Shown here one piece after another: positions 51,638 through 61,006 of a stretch of 64,000 nt of DNA (its first letter is position 1; each line of letters opens with the position of its first letter). The DNA comes from a virus, in the IMG/VR virus record IMGVR_UViG_3300023202_000205, positions 96,001-160,000 of that record, one strand, 5' to 3'. A program made the position numbers and the translations under genes. The notes beneath the pieces were generated by a model. That model made no database searches, was not told the DNA's origin, and saw only the letters and a list, made by a program, of their open reading frames with translations.

Positions 51638-52726
51638 TTAGTCCATCACTTTATTGATAAGCTTATTCATCTCACGCATGCCTAGATCTGCCGCATCCGG
51701 CACTGAAACATCTTCGCCATCATTGTGCTTCCTCGCAAGTTCTAGGACCTCCTGAGGCCAACGTATAGTGCGTACGTCCTCAAGATGCTTACCGAGAAGG
51801 TTCTGTAGCTCCTCTACGTAGACTCTCCCACCGCCTCCCTTTCGGTTATCAGGTACGAACGTATCCGCGTCAGTAGCAATGATGGCCACTTTAAACCTCT
51901 CGCTGAGTTGCTCTGCTCTGAGGGTGTTAAGCTGTTTCCCGAACATGGCAATACCGGTAGGGCCGCTGAAGATAGCATTTAAGATGCCTTCTGAAAGCAC
52001 CGGTATGTCTAGCGGGGATACGCCATGGAGGTTGTAGAACACCTTCACAAACCCAGGAGGTAAGTACCACCTGGGCTGGGTGTTAGGAGAGATGGCTCTC
52101 CCCTGCCAGGCTACCTGCTTACCACTGATATCCCAGATAGGGAATATAATGCGGTACTGAGCAGGTAGGAAGATCTCGTCTTTGGTGGCTGTCCAGCATG
52201 CTCCGTAGACTCGGGTTACATACTCTACGACTTTGTAGCTCGTAAACCCACGGTAGTTGGATAACAGGAACTTGATGGCGTCGTGATCCTTAGGTAACTC
52301 TGTGAGCGGCACACACCCTTGAGGCATGGGTATAGCGCCTCTCTGTGTTCGCGCGGACACTTTTCTCTCGAGCTCAGGAATATCATCTGGGAGGTCGATC
52401 TCGTAAGCCTTTACCTTCTCCAGCAGTTCCATCCAAAATTCATCGGGCATGCTTTGCTCGCAAGACTCGTTATAGCAGTGGATAAGCCCCAGCACCCTGC
52501 TTCGGTTGAAGTTGCTTACCCGGTCTAACCACCGGTAACTGATGGATAAACGCTGCTTTTCGTCACCACAGAACGGGCAGTCCACATTGTAGGATTCCCC
52601 TCGCTCTATTACTTGATTGTGCCCACCAGGTACACGTTCTTCAATTCGCTTAACTCCCTCGTTATAGACCTTGAGATAGCCGAATCGCTCCACGAGCGCG
52701 GCGTATAGGGGTTCGTTGAGTACCAT
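51638..52726 (-). CDS. DNA primase (Zn finger plus Toprim)
   Basis: CPFC...HCYNESC; RIIFPI...QGR; SEG...ATDAD. Confidence 0.85.
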   Translation of the reverse strand: MVLNEPLYAALVERFGYLKVYNEGVKRIEERVPGGHNQVIERGESYNVDCPFCGDEKQRLSISYRWLDRVSNFNRSRVLGLIHCYNESCEQSMPDEFWMELLEKVKAYEIDLPDDIPELERKVSARTQRGAIPMPQGCVPLTELPKDHDAIKFLLSNYRGFTSYKVVEYVTRVYGACWTATKDEIFLPAQYRIIFPIWDISGKQVAWQGRAISPNTQPRWYLPPGFVKVFYNLHGVSPLDIPVLSEGILNAIFSGPTGIAMFGKQLNTLRAEQLSERFKVAIIATDADTFVPDNRKGGGGRVYVEELQNLLGKHLEDVRTIRWPQEVLELARKHNDGEDVSVPDAADLGMREMNKLINKVMD

Positions 52727-52729
52727 AAG

Positions 52730-54193
52730 CTACGTCTCGTGTAGTTTCTTGCCGTGCTCAGAAGGGACTTTATTACTGTCCCGCTTATCGCTATGCTTAG
52801 CAAAAAAGCGTTTACCCTTCATTTCAAAGCGGTCGCTCACATCGTAGAACGCCGCCAACTCACCTCGCAAGCACATAACAGAGTGGTTGCCTAGGATGCC
52901 ATCATCGCGGCTTTTCACCCAGGTCAGTAGAGAATTGCCAGTAACGGGGTCCTGCTTGTTTACAGCAATAGCGTACTTCATAGGGGCTGTGAACATGCGG
53001 CAATCAGCTGCACAGTACATATCTGGTCGGTTGAAGGGGCCTCGTTTCACCACGTCAGCTGCCATTTGCTGCGAGACAGCTATGATGCAGTTCGATCGAT
53101 AAGCCTCTTGGGCAAGCGTATAACTGAGTGATTGGATCTCCATTTCCTTGGTCCGCTTGGTGGTCTGCATCACCGCGTCCGCCAGAATACCAGCCCAGTC
53201 GACATATACGTACGTAGGCTTCTTACCACGCGAGCGTAGCTGGCCTATTTCCGCCAATATAGGCGCAGCACCTTCATGCATGGTATTATCTTTGACCATG
53301 TCAAGCCAGTGCAGGTACTCGTCGACGTACGATAGCTTTCTGGCTGTTTTTTGATTATCGATACCGGCATTTTTCACTACGCTGTCTATACTATTCTTCT
53401 CAAAGAGCGTGTAGTCAAGCCCAAGGGCACACCCTAGAATCTTGTTCCTCATAGATCGAGTCATACCCTCTTCTGCAAGGACCAACAACGCGTGGTTGCC
53501 TCCAAGTGCTTGTGCTACAGCTAATTGAATACCAAAAGTTGTCTTACCACCATTCTGGGGAGCAATGATTCCAACAGCGGATCCATTTACAGGCCCACTG
53601 CCGTTCCCGGTACAAGAGTCGATCCAAGGGATGAGAGTCGCTACCCGCTCTCCGGCCTCTTCGAGGTTTGTATCGAGGATGCCGGAATGGGAGCGGCCTC
53701 CTTTGACAGAAGACTGCTTGGCCTCCAAGTCGAGAATCTGCTTGCCGAGCCCGTCTATATCTCCCGTCTCAGCTGCCCCTCGTAGGGTCTCTTTTGCAGC
53801 TGGTCTAAACACGCAAATCTCTGCAATAGCTACAATAAGGTCTCTTGCCAACGCCTCGCTTTTTTCCGTTACCAGTTTTCGTACACATATGAACTCGCCA
53901 AGTTTTTTAAGGTATTCTTCTTTCTTGCCCGGACTGGGTACATGGCTATCAACGAAGTAATCCACCTCTGCTTTGATAACTGCTTCATCTGGGGCCATCC
54001 CGTGTTTCTCGTAGTATTCTACGATCGCTCTAAAAATAACAGCTTGTGCCGGGCTCCCCTTGATCTCCGAGTGGACGAGGTGCCGTCCATCCAACTGAGC
54101 GCTGATAGCACTTTCTAGTAGAGTTGGCGACCTAACCATTTGCGCTAACAAGATATCCAGGTGGCCTTCTTGGTACTTGAACGTGCTACTCAT
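52730..54193 (-). CDS. DnaB-like replicative helicase
   Basis: APQNGGKTT Walker A, YVYVDW Walker B, VSQQ, KSRD. Confidence 0.85.
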   Translation of the reverse strand: MSSTFKYQEGHLDILLAQMVRSPTLLESAISAQLDGRHLVHSEIKGSPAQAVIFRAIVEYYEKHGMAPDEAVIKAEVDYFVDSHVPSPGKKEEYLKKLGEFICVRKLVTEKSEALARDLIVAIAEICVFRPAAKETLRGAAETGDIDGLGKQILDLEAKQSSVKGGRSHSGILDTNLEEAGERVATLIPWIDSCTGNGSGPVNGSAVGIIAPQNGGKTTFGIQLAVAQALGGNHALLVLAEEGMTRSMRNKILGCALGLDYTLFEKNSIDSVVKNAGIDNQKTARKLSYVDEYLHWLDMVKDNTMHEGAAPILAEIGQLRSRGKKPTYVYVDWAGILADAVMQTTKRTKEMEIQSLSYTLAQEAYRSNCIIAVSQQMAADVVKRGPFNRPDMYCAADCRMFTAPMKYAIAVNKQDPVTGNSLLTWVKSRDDGILGNHSVMCLRGELAAFYDVSDRFEMKGKRFFAKHSDKRDSNKVPSEHGKKLHET

Positions 54194-54759
54194 TGAAGGA
54201 ACTCCAGTTCTCCGGCGAAGGCCTCGTTAGCGACAGGTGTGGCCTTCAGCTCCATAATGGCGCCGTCTCTGTAACGCTTGACTATTTCAGGGAAGCCAAG
54301 CTTATTCGCCATCACAGCTCTGAAGAGTGGTGTAAGGTGTACCGTTTGATCCTCGAGGGTCTCACGGTATCCGTAGATCTTCGCCCAACGTTGAAAGCAA
54401 ATCAACTGGCTTTTATAGCGTCGTGCGGAATGAGTATCCGATACCTGGTAGGTCCTAATGGACCCGCTGATTTTCTCACTAGCAATAAGGGCGGGCCAGA
54501 ACTTACCTAGTACGGCCATACCATCCAGTTGTGCTTTGACAAACTCACCGGGCGATTGCTCTCTTAGACGACAAAGCCGGGCGGCCTTGTAAAACTTGAC
54601 GTAGTCTTTCTTGGCTATTCGTGCGGTACCGGATACGTAAGTCTTTCTCAGTTCAACAAACAGGTTCATGAGCTCTTCGGCAAGCTCTACCAACTCTGGG
54701 TCTGGTATATGGTGGCGTCCCTGGCTATCGATAATCTCGATGTGGTCGATACGTCCCAT
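54190..54759 (-). CDS. hypothetical protein (possible helicase loader)
   Basis: Coupled between two helicases; function inferred from position only. Confidence 0.55.
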   Translation of the reverse strand: MGRIDHIEIIDSQGRHHIPDPELVELAEELMNLFVELRKTYVSGTARIAKKDYVKFYKAARLCRLREQSPGEFVKAQLDGMAVLGKFWPALIASEKISGSIRTYQVSDTHSARRYKSQLICFQRWAKIYGYRETLEDQTVHLTPLFRAVMANKLGFPEIVKRYRDGAIMELKATPVANEAFAGELEFLQ

Positions 54760-56294
54760 TACCGTACCTCAACTTGAAATCCATTCTTCCTATAGACTCT
54801 TAGACGCTGCACAGACCTATACTGTAGGTTCTTGCTGAACTTGTCCATGAAATCAATGAGGAGCCCCTGCAGCTTGGAAGTCTTGTCACCTAAGCGAGAT
54901 AGACGACCAGGTACCTGCCCAGAGTCCAGTGGGCTCCCAGTACCGTCAGCTCGGACAAGTACTGCTAGGTCCCGGAAGTCGACCCCTTTCGACCAGATCT
55001 TGGTAGCGATGGCACGCTTGAGCTCATGGGTCTCGAACGCTTTACGATACGCTTCTCGCATCTTCTTAGTACAGGGCTCCTGTTCCGGTGTCATAGCCCC
55101 TCTTTTCCGCATAGCAGTTATACGGGCTGGGGAAGGCTCCCCTGTAACAATCGGGAACTCAGGAAGTAGTTGCCCTAGGGCATACGCATGCTCCGTCTTA
55201 TCTACCATGACCAGTAGTTGTTGGTCGTCGCCGATCTCTTCCTCCACCTTACGTACCGTGTACGCTATGAGGCGGTTACGATAATCGTTTAGCCAAAGAC
55301 CTAGCCGGTCAGCATCGGCCGTATTCCTCATGCCAGCCACATCGGGACCGGCCGAAGACGTAATCATCCTTACCTGCAGCTGAACAATGTTGCCGCCGGC
55401 CACGCCTTCTTGGTAGGTTACGTCAGCTATTTGCTGTCCGAAGACCGCTTCACCAAACCCCTCAGCTTTATCACTCCTGCCCTCCGGGGTAGCAGTAAAC
55501 CCGAAAATACGTGCACGACGGAACTTGTTGAACTTCTTGACGTAGTTCTCTGTCATTAGCGTGTGGCATTCATCCGCCAGTATGAGGTTCACGTCCTTGG
55601 GAGCCTTATGAAGCGACTGAGAAGTACACACAGTAACTCGACGAGTATAGCTTTTGCCCGCACCAATCCGGCCTAGCTGGCTGCCCAGATCGTACTTGAG
55701 ATCATCGTAGATGTTAGAAGCAATATCGTTGGAGTTGACTGTAATCAGGATTTCTGCGCGGGGATAGACCTTAGCTAACAGCTTGACTAGGAAGGTCTTA
55801 CCCCACCCAGTAGGGCACACGACAATCCCACCCCGGTGTGCTAGCAGTTTGGAAAACACTTCCTTCTGCCGCGACCTCCAACTGACTCCTTCGATCTGAG
55901 ATAAGTCAGGCTTCCCCAGACCGTCGTCTACAAAGTCCTCCACTGTTACTTGATACCCGTACTTATTCAAGTCAGCTAAGATACGTGGGCCATATCCTGC
56001 TAACGCACAGAAAGCAGCAGTGTCCCCTTCCTCCGTATACCAGAATAGGGGTATTTTACTGATATTACGTGTACGCACTGGGTATGTAGAACCAGTAGCT
56101 ACGTCTTCCACCCACTCAGTATCCACTGAATGCCGCGATACAGTACAAACCTCTTCGTAAAACTCGCCCAGTTCGCTGGGGAAGAGGGCAAGAGCGCGCC
56201 CCAGGTATCTTAGCTTAGCTATCATTTCGAGTAAGACTCCATCGCTAACAAGTTGAAGACAGTATGGCGATCTGTCGGCAACTCTCGCAGCCAC
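54759..56294 (-). CDS. superfamily 2 helicase (UvsW/XPB-like)
   Basis: PTGWGKT, DECH, GFTATP, KGVDF, QVPGRLSR. Confidence 0.9.
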   Translation of the reverse strand: MAARVADRSPYCLQLVSDGVLLEMIAKLRYLGRALALFPSELGEFYEEVCTVSRHSVDTEWVEDVATGSTYPVRTRNISKIPLFWYTEEGDTAAFCALAGYGPRILADLNKYGYQVTVEDFVDDGLGKPDLSQIEGVSWRSRQKEVFSKLLAHRGGIVVCPTGWGKTFLVKLLAKVYPRAEILITVNSNDIASNIYDDLKYDLGSQLGRIGAGKSYTRRVTVCTSQSLHKAPKDVNLILADECHTLMTENYVKKFNKFRRARIFGFTATPEGRSDKAEGFGEAVFGQQIADVTYQEGVAGGNIVQLQVRMITSSAGPDVAGMRNTADADRLGLWLNDYRNRLIAYTVRKVEEEIGDDQQLLVMVDKTEHAYALGQLLPEFPIVTGEPSPARITAMRKRGAMTPEQEPCTKKMREAYRKAFETHELKRAIATKIWSKGVDFRDLAVLVRADGTGSPLDSGQVPGRLSRLGDKTSKLQGLLIDFMDKFSKNLQYRSVQRLRVYRKNGFQVEVR

Positions 56295-56884
56295 TTACTG
56301 AACTGCTGGACTAGGAGCCCGGCAGCTATATTGGCTATGTGGATAGACATACGTGTCGTACAAGTTGCTTGGAAAGCCTCTTCACGATCGAACAACGTGG
56401 ACTCGTAGTAATCCCTAGAATCAGGGTCGCTGACAGAGAGGACGTGAACCGTATCTCCTGCTACCCGACTATCCAGGAATAGATTGTAGGTGCTTGTCCG
56501 GAAGAGCTGACCGCGAGTGTTGATGTTGTCGACACAGCAGAAGACGATAGGGTGCTCGTAACTCTCCGTAGGGAACCTCCTGTGCAGGCCCTTAGCTGTC
56601 GTAGCTCCATCGGAGGCAGGAAATAACTGCTGTCGTTCGATGTCCCCGAGAAGAGCTTCTACCTTAGGCACACCTATATCATCGCGCCGCCAACCTTGAG
56701 GCCCTATATTCGATTCCTCTACCGTATCATGGTCGTAAAAGGCCAGATTACGAGCCCCTGCGGAACAAAGCTGAAGCACAACCTGCCTCCCTACGGCGCC
56801 TACCCCGGCTACTGCTATCGGCAGGTTCCACAGTATATCAGGCGGGAGCAACCCCGCCTGTCTCTGGTATTGTACAGTGCTCAT
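56222..56884 (-). CDS. ThiF/E1-like ubiquitin-activating enzyme
   Basis: VAGVGAVG, YDHDTVEESN...Q, PKVEAL, CCVDN...R, LDSR, C-terminal ATCT. Confidence 0.92.
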   Translation of the reverse strand: MSTVQYQRQAGLLPPDILWNLPIAVAGVGAVGRQVVLQLCSAGARNLAFYDHDTVEESNIGPQGWRRDDIGVPKVEALLGDIERQQLFPASDGATTAKGLHRRFPTESYEHPIVFCCVDNINTRGQLFRTSTYNLFLDSRVAGDTVHVLSVSDPDSRDYYESTLFDREEAFQATCTTRMSIHIANIAAGLLVQQFSKWLRELPTDRHTVFNLLAMESYSK

Positions 56885-56889
56885 TTATT

Positions 56890-58782
56890 TTACTCACCTT
56901 TCAGGTATTCGCTGGCCGTGTAAGGCTCGTCAGTTGGATTTACGTCGATGCCGAACATCTCCAGCCGGTCGACTGCAGATAGGTCATACCCCGATGATCG
57001 TACGTAATTGACTACGTAGTCGAACACGGATGCTTTGTCCTTTTCGGCTGACTTCTTTCTGAGATCAGCGATGCCCTTTTCTATATCTTCCACCGTGTCC
57101 CCGTTCTGCAGGCATTGGTGGACTACTTGAGCGACATCGATCCATGCATCACTGATATCGGTAAAGTCGTTGATGTCATCACCCACAATTGTTTTTGGGC
57201 CTAGGATCTCATCCTCCTCGTCGTCACCAATATAGAACCCTACCGGGTTACGATCATCCTCCTCCTTCTCATCTTTACCCATGGGTGCTAGTTCGGACAT
57301 AGCCGTTTCTAACTCTGTTAGGCCGGCCGCCACCGATTCCAGAACGCTTATCTCATCGATACTAAGGTAGATCACCATATTGTCATAACAGACCCAATGG
57401 TGGAGAGTTTGTATAGGGGTATCGAAACAGTCAAAAATTGTACCAGCAACGGCCGGATCTCGACTAGATACGTAAGGAAACAATTTGTCTTCTACCTCTG
57501 AAAGAATTTCCCTATACTCGGTATCGTGTACCACAGGCTTGTCCAAGCTGAATAGCTCGTCGCTGGTGAGCACCATCGTCTTTTTATTTTTACCAACACC
57601 GGTCTCGTATTTGAAAGATACAACCTGATCTTTCCCTACAGCAGCGACGACCATATCGCACTTTTCCAACTGATCTGCCAGTTCTTGAGAAACATCTCTA
57701 AGGGTCAGAGATTCCTGAGAAGTGTTCGCTAATTCCACGAACATGTCCTCGTCCATCATCCAGAAGACGGAGTCTCTTCGAAGCGAGAATTCGGTGTCAT
57801 CCGGCGGCCTCGGAAGAGTAGGCGTGCTGTAAGGGCCACGGCTATGATCATAGGGATCAAAGCCATTAAGATAAGACAGATAGGAATCATCATCGTCCCA
57901 CATACCATACGGATCCACAATGGTGGTCTGGGGGCTGGTTTTGGAAACACCTCGACCGCCTCCACTGGGGATCCCTTGGTGGTAGACACCATAACTGTTG
58001 GGAAAATACGTGTACGTCTCTTCGACATTGTTGGCTACCTCCTCCAGCCATTCCTTGCGCACCTTCTCATCTACGGCTGGCTCGTCAAAGCTGATGACCG
58101 TCTCCGCTTCGATCGATATCACGCGCTCCGAACCACCTGGGTCCCTAAACCGATAGTCACAGTGGTACCTGCCATCAGAGCTGAGGATGAACATGACACC
58201 CCAAGAAGCGCTACCGAAATTATCCTTACCATAGAATGTATCCAGATCTTTCTGACTGGGAGAGGGATCGAAGCCAGGGTGGGTATGGATCCAAATACGC
58301 ATGAACTGGTCGACCTTGAGGCGGTACTCACCTTCAGGGTCGGCCATGTCGGCTACTAGCTCCGACAAGGAGCCAGGGAGGATCTTCGTGTGAACACTGC
58401 TTACCTCCTGCGGGGGCACTAGAATGTCCACAACCAACATATAGTCGTCAGGATCGGTAACTGCGAGACCGCCGATCTCCGTGTTAACGCAATCCCGCAT
58501 GAAGTGAAGCTTAGCCCACGCAAAAGGCGTAAAACGCAGCTTCAAACGAATACTGTCGCTGACACAGATGGGGGATGGGGTCACGGGCTGGATGGCCCTT
58601 TTCTGAGTAACTCCTTTCTGCGCGTCAGTGGTTGTCTGGGGAACACTCGGTAACCGTGACTTCGTCACTGTCTTCGTGCCCTTCTTCGCAGTGCTCTTCT
58701 TCGTAGGCCCGGAGGTCTTGTGCTGCTCTTTCGTCTCCTGCTTGAGCGCGGCGCCGCCATTGTCGCACGATTTCCTGGTCAT
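56890..58782 (-). CDS. JAB/MPN+ metallopeptidase (deubiquitinase-like) with long acidic C-terminal extension
   Basis: TEIGG, WIHTHP...PSQKD (E...HxH...S..D); GAGGAGG RBS. Confidence 0.88.
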   Translation of the reverse strand: MTRKSCDNGGAALKQETKEQHKTSGPTKKSTAKKGTKTVTKSRLPSVPQTTTDAQKGVTQKRAIQPVTPSPICVSDSIRLKLRFTPFAWAKLHFMRDCVNTEIGGLAVTDPDDYMLVVDILVPPQEVSSVHTKILPGSLSELVADMADPEGEYRLKVDQFMRIWIHTHPGFDPSPSQKDLDTFYGKDNFGSASWGVMFILSSDGRYHCDYRFRDPGGSERVISIEAETVISFDEPAVDEKVRKEWLEEVANNVEETYTYFPNSYGVYHQGIPSGGGRGVSKTSPQTTIVDPYGMWDDDDSYLSYLNGFDPYDHSRGPYSTPTLPRPPDDTEFSLRRDSVFWMMDEDMFVELANTSQESLTLRDVSQELADQLEKCDMVVAAVGKDQVVSFKYETGVGKNKKTMVLTSDELFSLDKPVVHDTEYREILSEVEDKLFPYVSSRDPAVAGTIFDCFDTPIQTLHHWVCYDNMVIYLSIDEISVLESVAAGLTELETAMSELAPMGKDEKEEDDRNPVGFYIGDDEEDEILGPKTIVGDDINDFTDISDAWIDVAQVVHQCLQNGDTVEDIEKGIADLRKKSAEKDKASVFDYVVNYVRSSGYDLSAVDRLEMFGIDVNPTDEPYTASEYLKGE

Positions 58783-60625
58783 GAATTTCCTCCTCTACGC
58801 CAGTGGCGAGGGTGATTTCTAAATCGCCGGCGAGTGAATTCCACCAGCGCAATTTGTCTCGTAACAGCGCGAGCGAATAAGCTTGCGTCTGACGCTCCAG
58901 GTTTCTGGTAACGGTTTTCACTACTTCAAACGCAGTTTCTGTTGTAAAGCCCCCGTCAAAGAACGATAGAAGGCGTATGAAGTCGCTATCGAATGCGGGC
59001 ATATAGTGGGCCTTTAGCTCGTGTAGCCAGAACTCCATGTACGCGATGTCGGACCGAAAAACAGACCCAAAACCAAGTCCCTCTGGGTCGCACTCAGGGC
59101 AGATAAAAGTGTTCGTGTATCGGCAAAGGGAGCGATTATCTATCCTGACTTCAGCACCACAGGTGCACTCTTCCTTGTAAAGTATATCGGGCGTTATTCG
59201 TAACGGAGATCTCGTCATGTTACGAGGATCACATACGTCTGGACGGCGCCGTATGTGTCTTTGAAGACGCTCATCCTCCCCTATACCAACAGTAGTTGTA
59301 CCGTCTTCTTCGTCCCTGCAACATGCTTGACACCCGTAGTCACGGTACCCAAGCACAACCTTGTTCTCGTCGATCGCTTCGCCTCTGTACTGCCTCGTGC
59401 AGACAGGGCATTGGTAGACACCCTCCTCTGCAGCTGCTATCTCAGCGCGGAAACGTGGTGTACACTCCGCACAGGCTACTGCTGTTAGAGAAGACCCATT
59501 ACGCTCTGGAACAGGAATATCATACCATCGAGGGGGGTAGACTTGTCCACAACATACATTACATACCGGAAGCGAGGCAGGGTGGTAGTACTCTTGGTCA
59601 ACCGAGTTAAAAACAGCACATCGCTGGTGAAGTACTCCAAAGGCGGTATGCACCGCGTCGCCTTCTATTTGTTCCTGACATACCTCACAGGTGTTATCGG
59701 GCCTTCCGACGCCTCCCCCATACCAGTTACAGATAGATACAAAAGGACCGTCAGGGTTGTAAGTAGCCAGCACCCTTTCTGTAAGAAATATCGCATCCGA
59801 TATGAGACCATTTTTAAGAGCGTTTTTAACACCTTCGAAAGCATTTCCGAAGCATACATTACCTGAGTTCACATGTGGGTGTATAACATGAGAGTCGTCG
59901 TACGACCTGTTAGGTGGCCCCACAGAAGTTACCTTGATGCAATCAGGGTAGGAGTCTTCTTCACGTTGGCTATCTGAGACTAGTCTTCTGAGCTTCTCCA
60001 GTAGTATATGTATGTAAAACCCATCAAAAGATACCTCTACCCCATCTTCTGAGAAGGTAACTGGGGGTGTGCGTACGACTATTCGCTTCTGTTCGATGCA
60101 AGCGAATTCATGTGCCGCCCCTTCTTCACACTCTAGCCGCTCGTCCCCCATAGCGAAGGCAATACGTCCCCGAAGAGTGCTATTAAGCAGCAGTCGTATT
60201 TCCCTTTGACAAAAATCATCTGTAAGAAAGCAGTCACGGCGAGACATGGTTTCCGCGTAACGCAGTGCCTCCTGCTCTACATCCTCCTGAGAGGCCACGA
60301 GTCTGAGCTCTTCCAGAGCCTCTGTAGCTTCTTGTAAAGTTGTCCTCAGCGCCCCTATTTTGCGCAAAGTAGCGTCATGCTGAGCAGTAGGCCATATTTT
60401 ATCGGCGCCGTCACTATCAAAGAAACTGCACAAGGTAAGAGCATGCAGTTGGGTCAGTCTTGTACTACTACGTAGTATGACTGCCTTCTCCTTGAAATAC
60501 TTAGTGACTTTTTGTCGAGACTGAGATTCTAAAATTTCCTCTAAGATTTTAGTAAATATGCCAACCCGCTCTTCAGAGGGTGCTGGGAGACCCTCTATGT
60601 TCACTGTGTTTCCAACCTGCTCCAT
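58625..60625 (-). CDS. prokaryotic E2 conjugating enzyme fused to multiple CxxC Zn-ribbon repeats
   Basis: HPHVNSGNVCFGN catalytic-Cys motif, VLATYNPDGPF..ICNW, then many CxxC/HxxC pairs. Confidence 0.82.
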   Translation of the reverse strand: MEQVGNTVNIEGLPAPSEERVGIFTKILEEILESQSRQKVTKYFKEKAVILRSSTRLTQLHALTLCSFFDSDGADKIWPTAQHDATLRKIGALRTTLQEATEALEELRLVASQEDVEQEALRYAETMSRRDCFLTDDFCQREIRLLLNSTLRGRIAFAMGDERLECEEGAAHEFACIEQKRIVVRTPPVTFSEDGVEVSFDGFYIHILLEKLRRLVSDSQREEDSYPDCIKVTSVGPPNRSYDDSHVIHPHVNSGNVCFGNAFEGVKNALKNGLISDAIFLTERVLATYNPDGPFVSICNWYGGGVGRPDNTCEVCQEQIEGDAVHTAFGVLHQRCAVFNSVDQEYYHPASLPVCNVCCGQVYPPRWYDIPVPERNGSSLTAVACAECTPRFRAEIAAAEEGVYQCPVCTRQYRGEAIDENKVVLGYRDYGCQACCRDEEDGTTTVGIGEDERLQRHIRRRPDVCDPRNMTRSPLRITPDILYKEECTCGAEVRIDNRSLCRYTNTFICPECDPEGLGFGSVFRSDIAYMEFWLHELKAHYMPAFDSDFIRLLSFFDGGFTTETAFEVVKTVTRNLERQTQAYSLALLRDKLRWWNSLAGDLEITLATGVEEEIHDQEIVRQWRRRAQAGDERAAQDLRAYEEEHCEEGHEDSDEVTVTECSPDNH

Positions 60626-60662
60626 AAGTCCCCCACTAAGGGCTTGCGCCCCTGTGTTAGCG

Positions 60663-60697
60663 CAAAAAGAACCCCCGCCAGGCTATCCTGGCGAGGG
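60663..60697 (-). terminator. intrinsic terminator after Ubl1
   Basis: cgccagg/cctggcg stem followed by TTCTTTTT on the minus strand. Confidence 0.7.
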
Positions 60698-60733
60698 CTC
60701 CATCGTTACGGTATGTTACTCGAATCTATGCGG

Positions 60734-61003
60734 TCAGTTACCCTCCGGATTGGACGGGGTGACGGTGACCTTGTCATTGTCCTCCAGTTCGTCGTCCAGG
60801 TGGGCCGTGTGGCCGTTGCGGCGCACTTCCCGGCCGTGATCGCCGTCGACGACGTCTCCGACACGGGACCCACGGGGGACTTGCCGGTAGCCGGCGTCAC
60901 CGGTATCGGAGCGCACAACCAGCACGCGAACGGGACCGCCGCCCTGGTTGTCGATCTCCACGTCCTGTCCGGGGGTGACGCGGATGTTGGTCTGGTCGCT
61001 CAT
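60734..61003 (-). CDS. ubiquitin-like beta-grasp protein Ubl1
   Basis: VPRGSRVGDVV...VRRNG...LEDNDKVTVTP, ends EG-N. Confidence 0.75.
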   Translation of the reverse strand: MSDQTNIRVTPGQDVEIDNQGGGPVRVLVVRSDTGDAGYRQVPRGSRVGDVVDGDHGREVRRNGHTAHLDDELEDNDKVTVTPSNPEGN

Positions 61004-61006
61004 AGT

